Positions 48,469 through 57,569 of a DNA stretch of 64,000 nt are shown here, one piece after another. The DNA is from Candidatus Dojkabacteria bacterium. Its GTDB lineage: Bacteria > Patescibacteriota > Dojkabacteria > J137. The stretch covers positions 39,998-103,997 of the forward strand of contig JAUZRK010000001.1 of assembly GCA_030950485.1 (NCBI GenBank), written 5' to 3'. Each line of letters starts with the position of its first letter. The first letter of the stretch is position 1. Made by a program: the position numbers and the translations under genes. Under the pieces are notes generated by a model. The model searched no databases. It had not been told where the DNA came from and saw nothing but the letters and a program-made list of their open reading frames with translations.

Positions 48469-49040
48469 TTTGGCTAATGTTGCTGCCTTTGCTTCATTTG
48501 CAGGATCTGCTGGATTCTCGATTATGTGCGCCAGGTCAGGTGCTGCATTCTTGATCTCATCTATTCTTTCTTTATAAACTGAAATTCTTTCTTTTATACT
48601 TGAGATTTTATTTTCTAAAGTTTTTTTCTCTTTATCGAGAATGTTCTTTTTTTCTTTTTATCCATTTAAAGAGAGTAAAAACTAAAGTGGGTGTGCAAAG
48701 ATCAAGATGAAATCTCATCTTAATTTAATAAGTATAAAGTGCAATTACTTTCTTGCGTGGGATCAGGTTTCCAAAGTCGTGAATTTATTGTACCATTTTT
48801 AATAAATCCGCTCAAATCAATAACCATTAAAGCAATGTAATGACATATTAAATCAATGATAATAAATGAAAGAATTTATAGAGTTAAAGATACCTTTATC
48901 ATTAAGTCATTTCAAACCAGTTTACAAATCAGCGAGCGATGGATTATTCATACATGCTATTCTATTGACAGCCACAAGTGACAATTCTGTACATATTATG
49001 TATAATCCATTCGTAATTTTAACCTTTTATAATAAGCTAT

Positions 49041-49604
49041 ATGGCAGATAATCCAGATGATAATCAATATATTCAGTCTGATGATTCCGATAAAATAGAC
49101 ACTAAACAAAATACAATAGAATTATCTTTTTCAAGACCAGAGGAATATTCTTGTAATGTATTGATGGCTAAACTTCAGGGAAATGCTCTAAGCTATGAAG
49201 AAGTTAAAAGAATAAACAATGAAATCTCATCTGAACTGGATAGGTCTGAGCCTGGAACCATAGTAGTTCTAGATCTAACAGAGTATACAATACCTGCAGG
49301 TAATGTATTCGGAGTAATAATAGATATTTTTAGGAATTCACAAGAAGGTCATAGTGTTTATAATCATAAGAATTGTATTAGTCCATGGCTAGCAGTCCTT
49401 AGTGATAAAGCAGGTAGTCGTTTTATAGATACTCTTAGATTAGCATTAAGTAATGGTGTAAGGATGCTGTCTAGAGTGACAACTGTTGATGTCAACTTTG
49501 TAAATGGGATGAATCAACTAACTTATAGAATCGAACAGTTAGTTAGTAATAAGGGGATAGAAGAAGACAATGATAGACAAATAATTGATTCAGATGAATC
49601 TTAA
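49041..49604 (+). CDS. Hypothetical protein (187 aa)
   Basis: Complete ORF; acidic termini; no domain recognised. Confidence 0.3.
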   Translation: MADNPDDNQYIQSDDSDKIDTKQNTIELSFSRPEEYSCNVLMAKLQGNALSYEEVKRINNEISSELDRSEPGTIVVLDLTEYTIPAGNVFGVIIDIFRNSQEGHSVYNHKNCISPWLAVLSDKAGSRFIDTLRLALSNGVRMLSRVTTVDVNFVNGMNQLTYRIEQLVSNKGIEEDNDRQIIDSDES

Positions 49605-49693
49605 ATAATAAACTGTTAAACAAAATCATCCATTTTTATTTATGCCTATACAATTCAATACAATTTATAGACACTCTTAGTATCTATCTAATA

Positions 49694-50077
49694 ATGTTGT
49701 ATACTAAATATATGAAAAATAGTGACAATCAATCTGAAATTGAAAAAATTCTTGAACCTGATGAAGCAAGCCCAACTGAATTGGATGCTAGAATTAATGA
49801 TCTAGAAGAGAAGATAGAGAAATTAGGATTATTAAGCAGGTACTCTACTCTACAAAGACAATGGGACAAAAGTCTTGTTAAACTTTTAACAATGATTGTA
49901 ACTACTTATATATTTGTAGCAGTCGTTATGTATTTCTCTGATGTTTCAGATTTTCTTTTTGCAGCCTTAATTCCAGCTTTAACATTTGTAGCTTCAACTG
50001 CAGCATTACCTTTCGTTAAAAGATTCTGGGTAAAAAGATATGTAAAAGCTGAGAAAGAGTCAGCGAAAATTACATAG
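49694..50077 (+). CDS. Small membrane protein (127 aa, 2 TM)
   Basis: N-terminal coiled segment then two hydrophobic helices. Confidence 0.3.
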   Translation: MLYTKYMKNSDNQSEIEKILEPDEASPTELDARINDLEEKIEKLGLLSRYSTLQRQWDKSLVKLLTMIVTTYIFVAVVMYFSDVSDFLFAALIPALTFVASTAALPFVKRFWVKRYVKAEKESAKIT

Positions 50078-50858
50078 CGGCATTCCATGCAAGTTCAAAC
50101 ATTTGCCTTTGGAACTTTGCTATTTTAGAATTATAAATCTCAAGACCAAATACTTCGTCATCATGCCAAGTATAGTAACTAACTATATCATTATAAATAT
50201 CAACTTGATGAGATATTTTTAAAACGTTGCTGGTAATAGTTTTAGTTTTAAATGCTTTTTCGTTCCCCGAAGCTAATACTGGTTCATCAGTATAATCTTC
50301 ATTAACTAAATCTCTAAACTTTAGTTTTTTTAAAATAAACTCCATTTTCCATTTTCTATAGAAATCTAAACCAATAAGTTCAGAAAGATCTCTAAAAGTA
50401 TATCCAACTATTTCTTCTTTAGCTTGTAATATATTCCAAACCATTTGCTTTATTCTCTCTGTCCCTTTATACATAATTACTTTAGTTCCCGGTTGTGAAA
50501 GAGAAATATCAGACGCTATAAAGTTACTTAATTCAGGTAGTAACTTTTTTAAAGTTTCAGTTTTTGATTCATGCTCTTTTACTAACAATTCCAGTTTATG
50601 TAATCCTACAGGCATTAGTATTTTCTTATTGTCTTTCTCTACTTGCTCTATTAATCCAAACGCTATTAGTTCTTCTACAAATCGATAGGTAGAAGTTCTG
50701 CTTATTCCAGTAGTTCTTGAAAGCTGAAGTACAGTCTGTCCTCCTTTTTGCATTAACGCTAGGTAAAGTTTAGATTTCTCTACATCTAAACCAAGAGTTG
50801 ATAGAAATTTTAGTATTATTGTTAGGTCTTTCATAGAGAATGTCCGGTTATAGGACAA
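50070..50858 (-). CDS. TrmB-family transcriptional regulator (intact, 262 aa)
   Basis: N-terminal winged HTH (..LYLALMQKGGQTVLQLSRTTGISRTSTYRFVEELIAFGLI..) plus a TrmB C-domain ending ..MFELAWNAAM. Confidence 0.6.
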   Translation of the reverse strand: MSYNRTFSMKDLTIILKFLSTLGLDVEKSKLYLALMQKGGQTVLQLSRTTGISRTSTYRFVEELIAFGLIEQVEKDNKKILMPVGLHKLELLVKEHESKTETLKKLLPELSNFIASDISLSQPGTKVIMYKGTERIKQMVWNILQAKEEIVGYTFRDLSELIGLDFYRKWKMEFILKKLKFRDLVNEDYTDEPVLASGNEKAFKTKTITSNVLKISHQVDIYNDIVSYYTWHDDEVFGLEIYNSKIAKFQRQMFELAWNAAM

Positions 50859-50926
50859 CAGTTATACTCTATTCTATTTCTAGACTATAATATTGTCAAG
50901 GATGTTTAATTTTATAACAGAATATT

Positions 50927-51661
50927 ATGAGAAAGGATAGCTTTGAAGAGATATTTAAAGATATCAATAAAGTGTTAGTTGTAATTGCTCACCCAGATGA
51001 TTGTGAGGTTATTTGTGGAGGAACTATAGCTAGATTAATAGATAGTGGGAAAGAAGTTCGTTTAGTTACAACTACAAATGGAGAAAAGGGAATGCAAGAT
51101 AAAAGAGACATTGATAAAACCGACTTTGTAAATTCGAGGATAAAAGAGCAGACACTTGGAGCAGTAGAACTTGGTATTAAAGAATCAGAATCATTTAACT
51201 TGAATATTGCAGATGGAGAATTAGAGGCATCCGTTGAAAATATAGGCAAAATCGTTTTTCATATAAGGCAGTTCAAACCTGATTTAGTGATTACACATAA
51301 TCCCAATGATGCAGTAATAAAATTTGGTGGTTCAAAGTGGGTTAACCATAGAGATCATAGAAATACAGGATGGATAACTTTCGATGCTATATATCCTTAT
51401 TCTAGAGATCGGGGATTTTTTGAGGAGCATTTTACAGAACACGGTCTAGAAGGTCATTCTGTTAACAAAATCTTAGTTGCAGACACATATGAGTATGACG
51501 ATGTTAGTTATTTTGAGATATCTGATTTTATAGATAAGAAGAAGAATGCTTTTAAAAAACATATTAGTGCTTTTAATCCAGGAGATGAGGAGATGTTTGT
51601 CAAAGAAAATAAATTCGGCGATAAGTATTTTGAGCCATTAAGACTATTAAAGGTTTATTAG
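50927..51661 (+). CDS. PIG-L/LmbE-family N-acetylglucosaminyl deacetylase
   Basis: ..VLVVIAHPDDCEVICGGTIARL.. (HPDDE-type zinc motif), ..ITHNPNDAV.. H-x-D region. 244 aa. Confidence 0.7.
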   Translation: MRKDSFEEIFKDINKVLVVIAHPDDCEVICGGTIARLIDSGKEVRLVTTTNGEKGMQDKRDIDKTDFVNSRIKEQTLGAVELGIKESESFNLNIADGELEASVENIGKIVFHIRQFKPDLVITHNPNDAVIKFGGSKWVNHRDHRNTGWITFDAIYPYSRDRGFFEEHFTEHGLEGHSVNKILVADTYEYDDVSYFEISDFIDKKKNAFKKHISAFNPGDEEMFVKENKFGDKYFEPLRLLKVY

Positions 51662-51680
51662 AAATATTCTCAATAACATA

Positions 51681-51711
51681 AAGGAGTAAGCTAATAACTT
51701 ACTCCTTTTTT
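51681..51711. terminator. Rho-independent terminator (GGAGTAAG..CTTACTCC + T7) between convergent genes
   Basis: Perfect 8-bp stem with T-run 51705-51711. Confidence 0.7.
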
Positions 51712-51723
51712 CCTGTCTCAGTC

Positions 51724-52920
51724 TTAAGCTAGCATTTTTAAAAGAAATTCAGGGATATCTACTAGATCATTACCTATCTTTTCCCATACAACTATTTGTT
51801 CTTCTTCACTCAGTGGTTCTATTAACCTATTTACAAAACTTCGCCAATACTTAACTGTAAATGAAAGATTTGTATTAACTAAAGATACAAACTTTTCTGA
51901 ATCTATTACTTCATCCCCAAATGGTTTTACAAACTGATCCATATCTTTAAATCCTTCTGGATGTAAGTTTTCTTCAGAATTATTTCCTATTTTATATCCT
52001 GCAAGTGATAGCTGCTGGACATCAACTACAATTTTTTCAAGGAACTGATAAGCCAGCAATGGAATAAAATCAATTGGATCAATGTCATTTGTTAAGTTGA
52101 ATTTATAATGTGGATGATCCGCTAGGCTGTCTCTAAAATGATACAAAATCTTCATTACATTATTTCGCTCTCTATCTAATATCCATTCACTCCTACTCGA
52201 AGCTTTTATTACATGATCTAGGTCTTGCACAGAATAAATAGTGCACTGACTAAATATTGTAACTGAAAGCCTATTCTCTCCGGTTGAGCTAGGAAACTCA
52301 GCACTTCTTTTTTCTAATTCATCCAAATCAATCGCTATTTCACCTGAAGATAAAGTCTTTGTAGGAAACGCAGCAAGAACTCTTCTAGCTCCAACAAATT
52401 CTTGCTCAACAACCTTACCCTTTAGATTGCACACGGGTATAGATTCAGATAGTTCAATTACAGCTAAATTTATATCTTCTTCAATCTTATCAAACTTACC
52501 AAACCCCCATATACTATCTTCAGCTAGGTTTGTCGCTTTTATGTGCTTTCGATTTCCCGGACTATTGTATTTGTAATATCCATTAGATTTTACAGCAACT
52601 ATATTTCTAATATAATTATCTCTTAGATATTTAGCTAGCTCGACTAGCCCCATTCCTTCTAGTGCTTCAGCAGTGTAATAGCCTTTTCTATTCGTCGTTG
52701 CAGTTATTAATGCTTTACCTACAATATTATTTTGATTTTCGTCTATCTCTTCTCCAGTATTTGGATCTACTAATTTGAGGCTTGGCGCTGATTCAGCTAA
52801 CGCTTTGGTATCATTTAAAACAAGTGGATCTTCTACTGTCGTATAACTGGGCTGATCAGCAACGGTTATAACACCTTTATGAACTTCGTATTCTTTTACT
52901 CCTGGTAGATCCTCAGCCAT
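51724..52920 (-). CDS. Hypothetical protein (398 aa), downstream of hisS
   Basis: Complete ORF; no family recognised. Confidence 0.35.
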   Translation of the reverse strand: MAEDLPGVKEYEVHKGVITVADQPSYTTVEDPLVLNDTKALAESAPSLKLVDPNTGEEIDENQNNIVGKALITATTNRKGYYTAEALEGMGLVELAKYLRDNYIRNIVAVKSNGYYKYNSPGNRKHIKATNLAEDSIWGFGKFDKIEEDINLAVIELSESIPVCNLKGKVVEQEFVGARRVLAAFPTKTLSSGEIAIDLDELEKRSAEFPSSTGENRLSVTIFSQCTIYSVQDLDHVIKASSRSEWILDRERNNVMKILYHFRDSLADHPHYKFNLTNDIDPIDFIPLLAYQFLEKIVVDVQQLSLAGYKIGNNSEENLHPEGFKDMDQFVKPFGDEVIDSEKFVSLVNTNLSFTVKYWRSFVNRLIEPLSEEEQIVVWEKIGNDLVDIPEFLLKMLA

Positions 52921-53012
52921 AGAAAAACCTTATAAATAAATTTCTCTTTAAATCTGAAACTTTAAGCTATAGCAGGGTCGTACCCTGGTCAGAGACATCT
53001 CAATGATGAGTA

Positions 53013-54299
53013 TTAATCTAAATTAATATCCTCTTCCACCCCGCTCTTCATATCCTTAATCTTATAGACCCCTCTACTCTTCTCTTCTTCACCTAAAATA
53101 ACGACATAATCAATTTCTTTCTTATCCGTCCATTCTAAAGCCTTACCTAATCTTTGTTCTTCTAAACCATCAATTGCAATATTTCCATCTTTTCTAAGAG
53201 TAGTTGAGATTGAATCTCTTATATCAACAAATGATTCATCTAGTAATGGAAGATAATAAGATTTAGGCTTATTTTCTTTTGCCTGATCTAAAAGATTCCA
53301 ACCCTCTAAGAACAACCTAGTAGTCTCATCCCCAGGTGCACACCCGGTAGCTGGAAAGCTTTGTGAACCGAACAGTGCTGCAAGCCCATTGTATCTTCCT
53401 CCTCCAAACATAGATCTACTATTTTCAGGATTTTTATCAAAAACTTCAAAGACCATTCCATCGTAATAATCAAAGCCTCTAATAACTGATGGGTTAAATG
53501 ATATCCACTCTGAATACCCCATTTCATTTAATGCCTCCATAGTTTCATTAATTTCCTTTAAGCCTTCAGAACCTTCAATTTCAGGTAGATTTTTAACCAA
53601 ATCTTCTCCATTCTGACTTTGCATAAATTTTTTCAAACTTTCTATTTGATCATCATTTAACGCAGCATCCTCTTTTAATCTTTTAGCAAATTCTTCTTCA
53701 TTTAATTTTTCCCATTTATCTAATATCCTTACGGTTTGAGTTCGTTGCTCTTCAGTAACACTAACTACTTCATTTAATACATAATCAATTAACCTCCTAT
53801 TATTTATATACATTACAAAACTACCCTTTGGAGGATTAAATCCAAGCATAATTTCAAGTGCAACCTGTAAAACCTCGATGTCAGCATTTACAGAATCAAC
53901 TCCAAAAATGTCAAAGTTCAGTTGCCAAAATTCTCTATTTCTACCTCTTTGAGGCTTTTCATTTCGCATAAAATTAGCAATAGAAAAAAGCCTGATAGGT
54001 TTAGGTGTGTCTTGATAAATTCTAGTTACCATTCTAGTTACAGAAGGTGTCATCTCTGGTCTAATCGCAAATTCTCTACCTTTCAAATCGGTTAAAGTCC
54101 ATAGTTCTTTTCCTCCTAAATCTTCTCCGGATTTAGCTCGATATACATCAGCAAGTTCAATTTGTGGAGTTAGATATTCTTCATAACCAAAGCTTGTACA
54201 TACCTTTCGCCAAGTATCGAAAATATACTTTCTAATTTGAAACTCTCCAGGCAACCAATCACTGGTTCCTTTAGGAGGTTGATTTGATAATTTATTCAT
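53013..54299 (-). CDS. hisS: Histidine--tRNA ligase
   Basis: ..PKGTSDWLPGEFQIRKYIFDTWRKVCTSFGYEEYLTPQIE.. (class II motif 1 region), ..FAIRPEMTPSVTRM.., ..RYNGLAALFG.. and a C-terminal anticodon-binding domain. 428 aa. Confidence 0.85.
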   Translation of the reverse strand: MNKLSNQPPKGTSDWLPGEFQIRKYIFDTWRKVCTSFGYEEYLTPQIELADVYRAKSGEDLGGKELWTLTDLKGREFAIRPEMTPSVTRMVTRIYQDTPKPIRLFSIANFMRNEKPQRGRNREFWQLNFDIFGVDSVNADIEVLQVALEIMLGFNPPKGSFVMYINNRRLIDYVLNEVVSVTEEQRTQTVRILDKWEKLNEEEFAKRLKEDAALNDDQIESLKKFMQSQNGEDLVKNLPEIEGSEGLKEINETMEALNEMGYSEWISFNPSVIRGFDYYDGMVFEVFDKNPENSRSMFGGGRYNGLAALFGSQSFPATGCAPGDETTRLFLEGWNLLDQAKENKPKSYYLPLLDESFVDIRDSISTTLRKDGNIAIDGLEEQRLGKALEWTDKKEIDYVVILGEEEKSRGVYKIKDMKSGVEEDINLD

Positions 54300-54370
54300 T
54301 TTAAATTCATTAATATTTTAATTATAACTGATTTTAACTTTTAGCTTTGTAAAAACTGCACTATTTGATC

Positions 54371-54844
54371 TTAAAATCTTCTCATAGCTAAAGCCTTCAT
54401 TGAAATATCTCTTATTTCACTATAACTGATTTCATAGCCTTCTGGATTGTAATAGACTTTGCGTCTTTCAATTTCATTTAAAAGTAGTTCATTACTAATC
54501 TCCATCTTACTTATTACTTTTCGTAGAATTTTACCCAATCTTTCATCACTAACATTCTCGAATAGGTCAGATTCAAAAATCACTTCAACATCTTTTCGAA
54601 CAAAGATTTTATATCTACGTTCTAAAAATGCTTTTTGATCCAGACTAAGTTTAGGAGCGTTTTAAACATAACTCATAAAAGTATCTACTACTAGAAATAT
54701 AATGTTTTTGCTATCTGCTATTTCTATTTTCGTTTTACTAGCCCAACCTTCTATTAATTCAGGTTCAACAATAAATTCTCCATTTTGCTTCCTCTCAACT
54801 TTATAAGTCGCAAATTTAATTAGTTTTTTATCATTTTTATTCAT
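54371..54844 (-). pseudogene. Small gene interrupted by an in-frame TAA (54662-54664); two ORFs of 60 and 70 aa in the same frame
   Basis: ..VVDTFMSYV*NAPKLSLDQKAFLERRYKIFVRKDVEVIFESDLF.. reads continuously apart from the single stop. Function unknown. Confidence 0.3.
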
Positions 54845-55939
54845 AGCTCGCAGGGAAAATAACTGGTAATTTATCTGGATCTATTAATTTTGTAGTTCTG
54901 CTTACATAGCTTTCTGAACTTGGCTCTACAACCAATAGACAATCTACTCTTTCTGCTAACCAAATCCCCTCCATTGCATACTCAGTACCTTGTAATGCAA
55001 CTGTTCTTTTTGTACGTTCATATGCCAACTCTGATTCCATACCAGCTTCAATAAGTTGATTAGCTTTTCGTTCTACTCGATCGTTCACTTCAGGACCGGT
55101 AACCAGATATTCAGTCTCTGTTTCAGCAAGTCTCTTTTCTAATTGCTCATTAAAATTTTGAGAGTAAATCTCACCATCAATAGGTAATTCTCTAGATCTT
55201 GGTGAGATTTTTACTGTGCTTCTATTGATCTTATTAGTAAGTCTATTAATAACTTTTTCAGTAACTTCAGCAACTGCAGACTCGCCTCCAAACATTAAAT
55301 CATCAGTCTGAATAATCCCCTCCGTATCTGCAACCCAGATATCTAACTTCTAATTAACACCAACTTCATCAAGCCTATCGCACAAAGCATTAATTTGTTC
55401 AGCATTATAATCAAGAGGAGATTTAAGCCTCGCTGGCTTATACCTATATCGAATTTCTCCATTATCTTGCATTATTTCAACCTCTAACTTATGCATACAA
55501 GTAATAAGACCTAACCTAATTTGCTCACCGCTTTCAATAGCTCTTAATATGTTTCTCTTAGAACTTCAACATTGAAAGCAGGAATTGTTGATGATGAAAC
55601 CAAAGTTTCTAAAACTCTATTTGCGTAGAATTCAGCATTCTCAAAAATTTCTATTTTCTTTTCAAATGCTTTTTGATAACTACTTAGTTTATTCCTTTCT
55701 GACTTTGTATTTCTATCCATAGCATTATTTATCTCACCACTTTCATTTAATGGAGCTGAGTACCTAATTGTTCCAGATTCATCAATGAAAGTTTCTTCAA
55801 CATACTCGCTACTTCGAATCATATAATCTAAATCCTGCTTATATATTACAGCCTGGTATAAAGCTTGATCTGAAACTTCTACATCCATACCTAATACTTC
55901 TCTTACTTGATCATTATAATTTTCCATTTTTAAACTCAT
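54837..55939 (-). pseudogene. Hypothetical gene of about 370 aa broken by one frameshift (near 55540) and one in-frame TAG (55349-55351)
   Basis: ORFs 55544..55939 and 54837..55295 plus an intervening 68-codon segment read as one protein (..NVEVLRETY* / SSKRNILRAIESGEQIRLGLITCMHKLEVEIMQDNGEIRYRYKPARLKSPLDYNAEQINALCDRLDEVGVN*KLDIWVADTEGIIQTDDLMFGG..). Confidence 0.35.
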
Positions 55940-56041
55940 TAAAAATAAAATACCCCCAAACTAAAATTAAGTTTGAGGGTGTAAAAAAGTACCACTTTCG
56001 TGATACTTATAAATTAAAAAAAATTGCAAAAGTATCACCCT

Positions 56042-56341
56042 CTAATGAGAGTGATGATGTGAATTCAATCTATCTAAAATTAATCTATATCCGTCCATTC
56101 CATTTTTCAAGAATCTATTAACTCTTGTAACAGTAGCAATACTAACGCCAGCCTCTGTTGCAACCTGTCTCTGTGGCTTACCTTTATCTAACTCCTTTGC
56201 GACTTCAAATCTTGATGAAAATTCTTCAATTTCTTTCTCAGTCAAAAGATCTCGCATAAAGTTAGCAGCCTCATCAACTGTCTTTAGTTTCAAGATTGCT
56301 TCAAATAAGTCCTCTGATTTTTTATTTTTCCATTTTATCAT
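56042..56341 (-). CDS. TrpR-like YerC/YecD-family small DNA-binding protein (second copy; His-rich C-terminus)
   Basis: ..LLTEKEIEEFSSRFEVAKELDKGKPQRQVATEAGVSIATVTRVNRFLKNG.. ending NSHHHSH. Confidence 0.55.
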   Translation of the reverse strand: MIKWKNKKSEDLFEAILKLKTVDEAANFMRDLLTEKEIEEFSSRFEVAKELDKGKPQRQVATEAGVSIATVTRVNRFLKNGMDGYRLILDRLNSHHHSH

Positions 56342-56453
56342 AGCGTAATATTACACTAATACATGTGATTTTGTCAATGACAACTTGAGTTTCTTACTCA
56401 AGAGCCATACCTGCAAAAAGTCAGGCGACATAATACAATGAAATGCACACTGC

Positions 56454-56492
56454 CTTTCTCCCCCTTGAGGGGGATTTAAGGGGGTGACCCTG
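56454..56492 (+). repeat. GC-rich palindromic element (CTTTCTCCCCCTTGAGGGGGATTTAAGGGGGTGACCCTG)
   Basis: Core perfect palindrome TCCCCCTTGAGGGGGA at 56459-56474. Near-identical copy at 59749..59796; degenerate copy inside elp3. Confidence 0.75.
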
Positions 56493-56751
56493 TGAGTGAT
56501 GATATGAAGATCTTCCCATAAAGGAATACACTGCATCACATTAAAAACTTATTTTCTTTTGTTAAGTTTTGCAGTAATAACGACGGGCAATGATGTATCA
56601 GCTTCGGCAGGACTAACTCCGCCAAAGAGAGGGTAATTCAATTTGAAACCAAGTTAGTTACTACAAGTTACAACAAGAGTAAATCAGATTTAACTCTTCC
56701 AGTATAAAGAATTTAAAAAATTAGCAATCTAATACACCTAACATACTCGTT

Positions 56752-57471
56752 TTAATCCCTCCTATTATTTGAACTAACAAGCATTACAAAATAAGCTAAC
56801 TGACCTAGTGATTGAACAAGACCAGCAAAGTAAGTAAGCGCTGCAGCTCTTAGTACAACCTTCGCTCCGCCATAGTGACTAGGGGCTATAAGACCGTGCT
56901 TTTCAATTAACTTCATAGCTCTTCTACTAGCATCTAGTTCAACTGGTAATGTTACTAATGAAAATACAGTGACAGTAGAAAAAAGAATTATCCCAACCCA
57001 AGCAAGTCCGCTTGAAGCAATCATTAATCCAATCATTATTAATACATACCCTACTCCTGAACCGAAGCTTACAACTGGTACTATTGTCGATCTTAATTTA
57101 AATAAACTTTGACCAACTTGCTTTTGCTGAACGTGACCAAATTCGTGTGCGACAACTGCAATATTTGCAACTGAGTCATTTACTGCGTTATCAGAAGATA
57201 AATTTACTAAATTATTTTTTGGGTCAAAGTAATCATTGAGTTGCCCTTCTGTTGTTTGAAAACTAACGCCAAAATTTCCTGAATCATTTATAAGTTTTGC
57301 AGCCTGCATTCCAGTCATAGACGTACCTGCAGAAATTTTTGAAAATTTCCCATAACTTCTTTTAAGTAAGAACTGTGCATATAGCCCTATTATCAATCCT
57401 GGTAATACGAATAGTAAATATAGAAACATTATTTTAATTTTAATAAATACATTACTTAAATATTTTATCAT
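56752..57471 (-). CDS. YugP-family membrane zinc metallopeptidase
   Basis: N-terminal TM, ..VVAHEFGHVQQ.. HExxH, C-terminal TM helices. Typical Zn_peptidase_2 (YugP) layout. Confidence 0.65.
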   Translation of the reverse strand: MIKYLSNVFIKIKIMFLYLLFVLPGLIIGLYAQFLLKRSYGKFSKISAGTSMTGMQAAKLINDSGNFGVSFQTTEGQLNDYFDPKNNLVNLSSDNAVNDSVANIAVVAHEFGHVQQKQVGQSLFKLRSTIVPVVSFGSGVGYVLIMIGLMIASSGLAWVGIILFSTVTVFSLVTLPVELDASRRAMKLIEKHGLIAPSHYGGAKVVLRAAALTYFAGLVQSLGQLAYFVMLVSSNNRRD

Positions 57472-57569
57472 GATCTAAAAAAATACATAGCAAGACAATT
57501 ACAAACACTAAATATTAAAATGGCTTTAGTTTTACCTTAGACTTTTAGCTTTTGACTTAACCTTGATTC

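Noticed and set aside
56351-56539. ORF-track entry (62 aa, minus strand) MMQCIPLWEDLHIITHRVTPLNPPQGGERQCAFHC..
   Set aside because: It spans the GC-rich palindromic element, with Pro/Gly codons coming from the CCCCC/GGGGG arms. Almost certainly not a gene.
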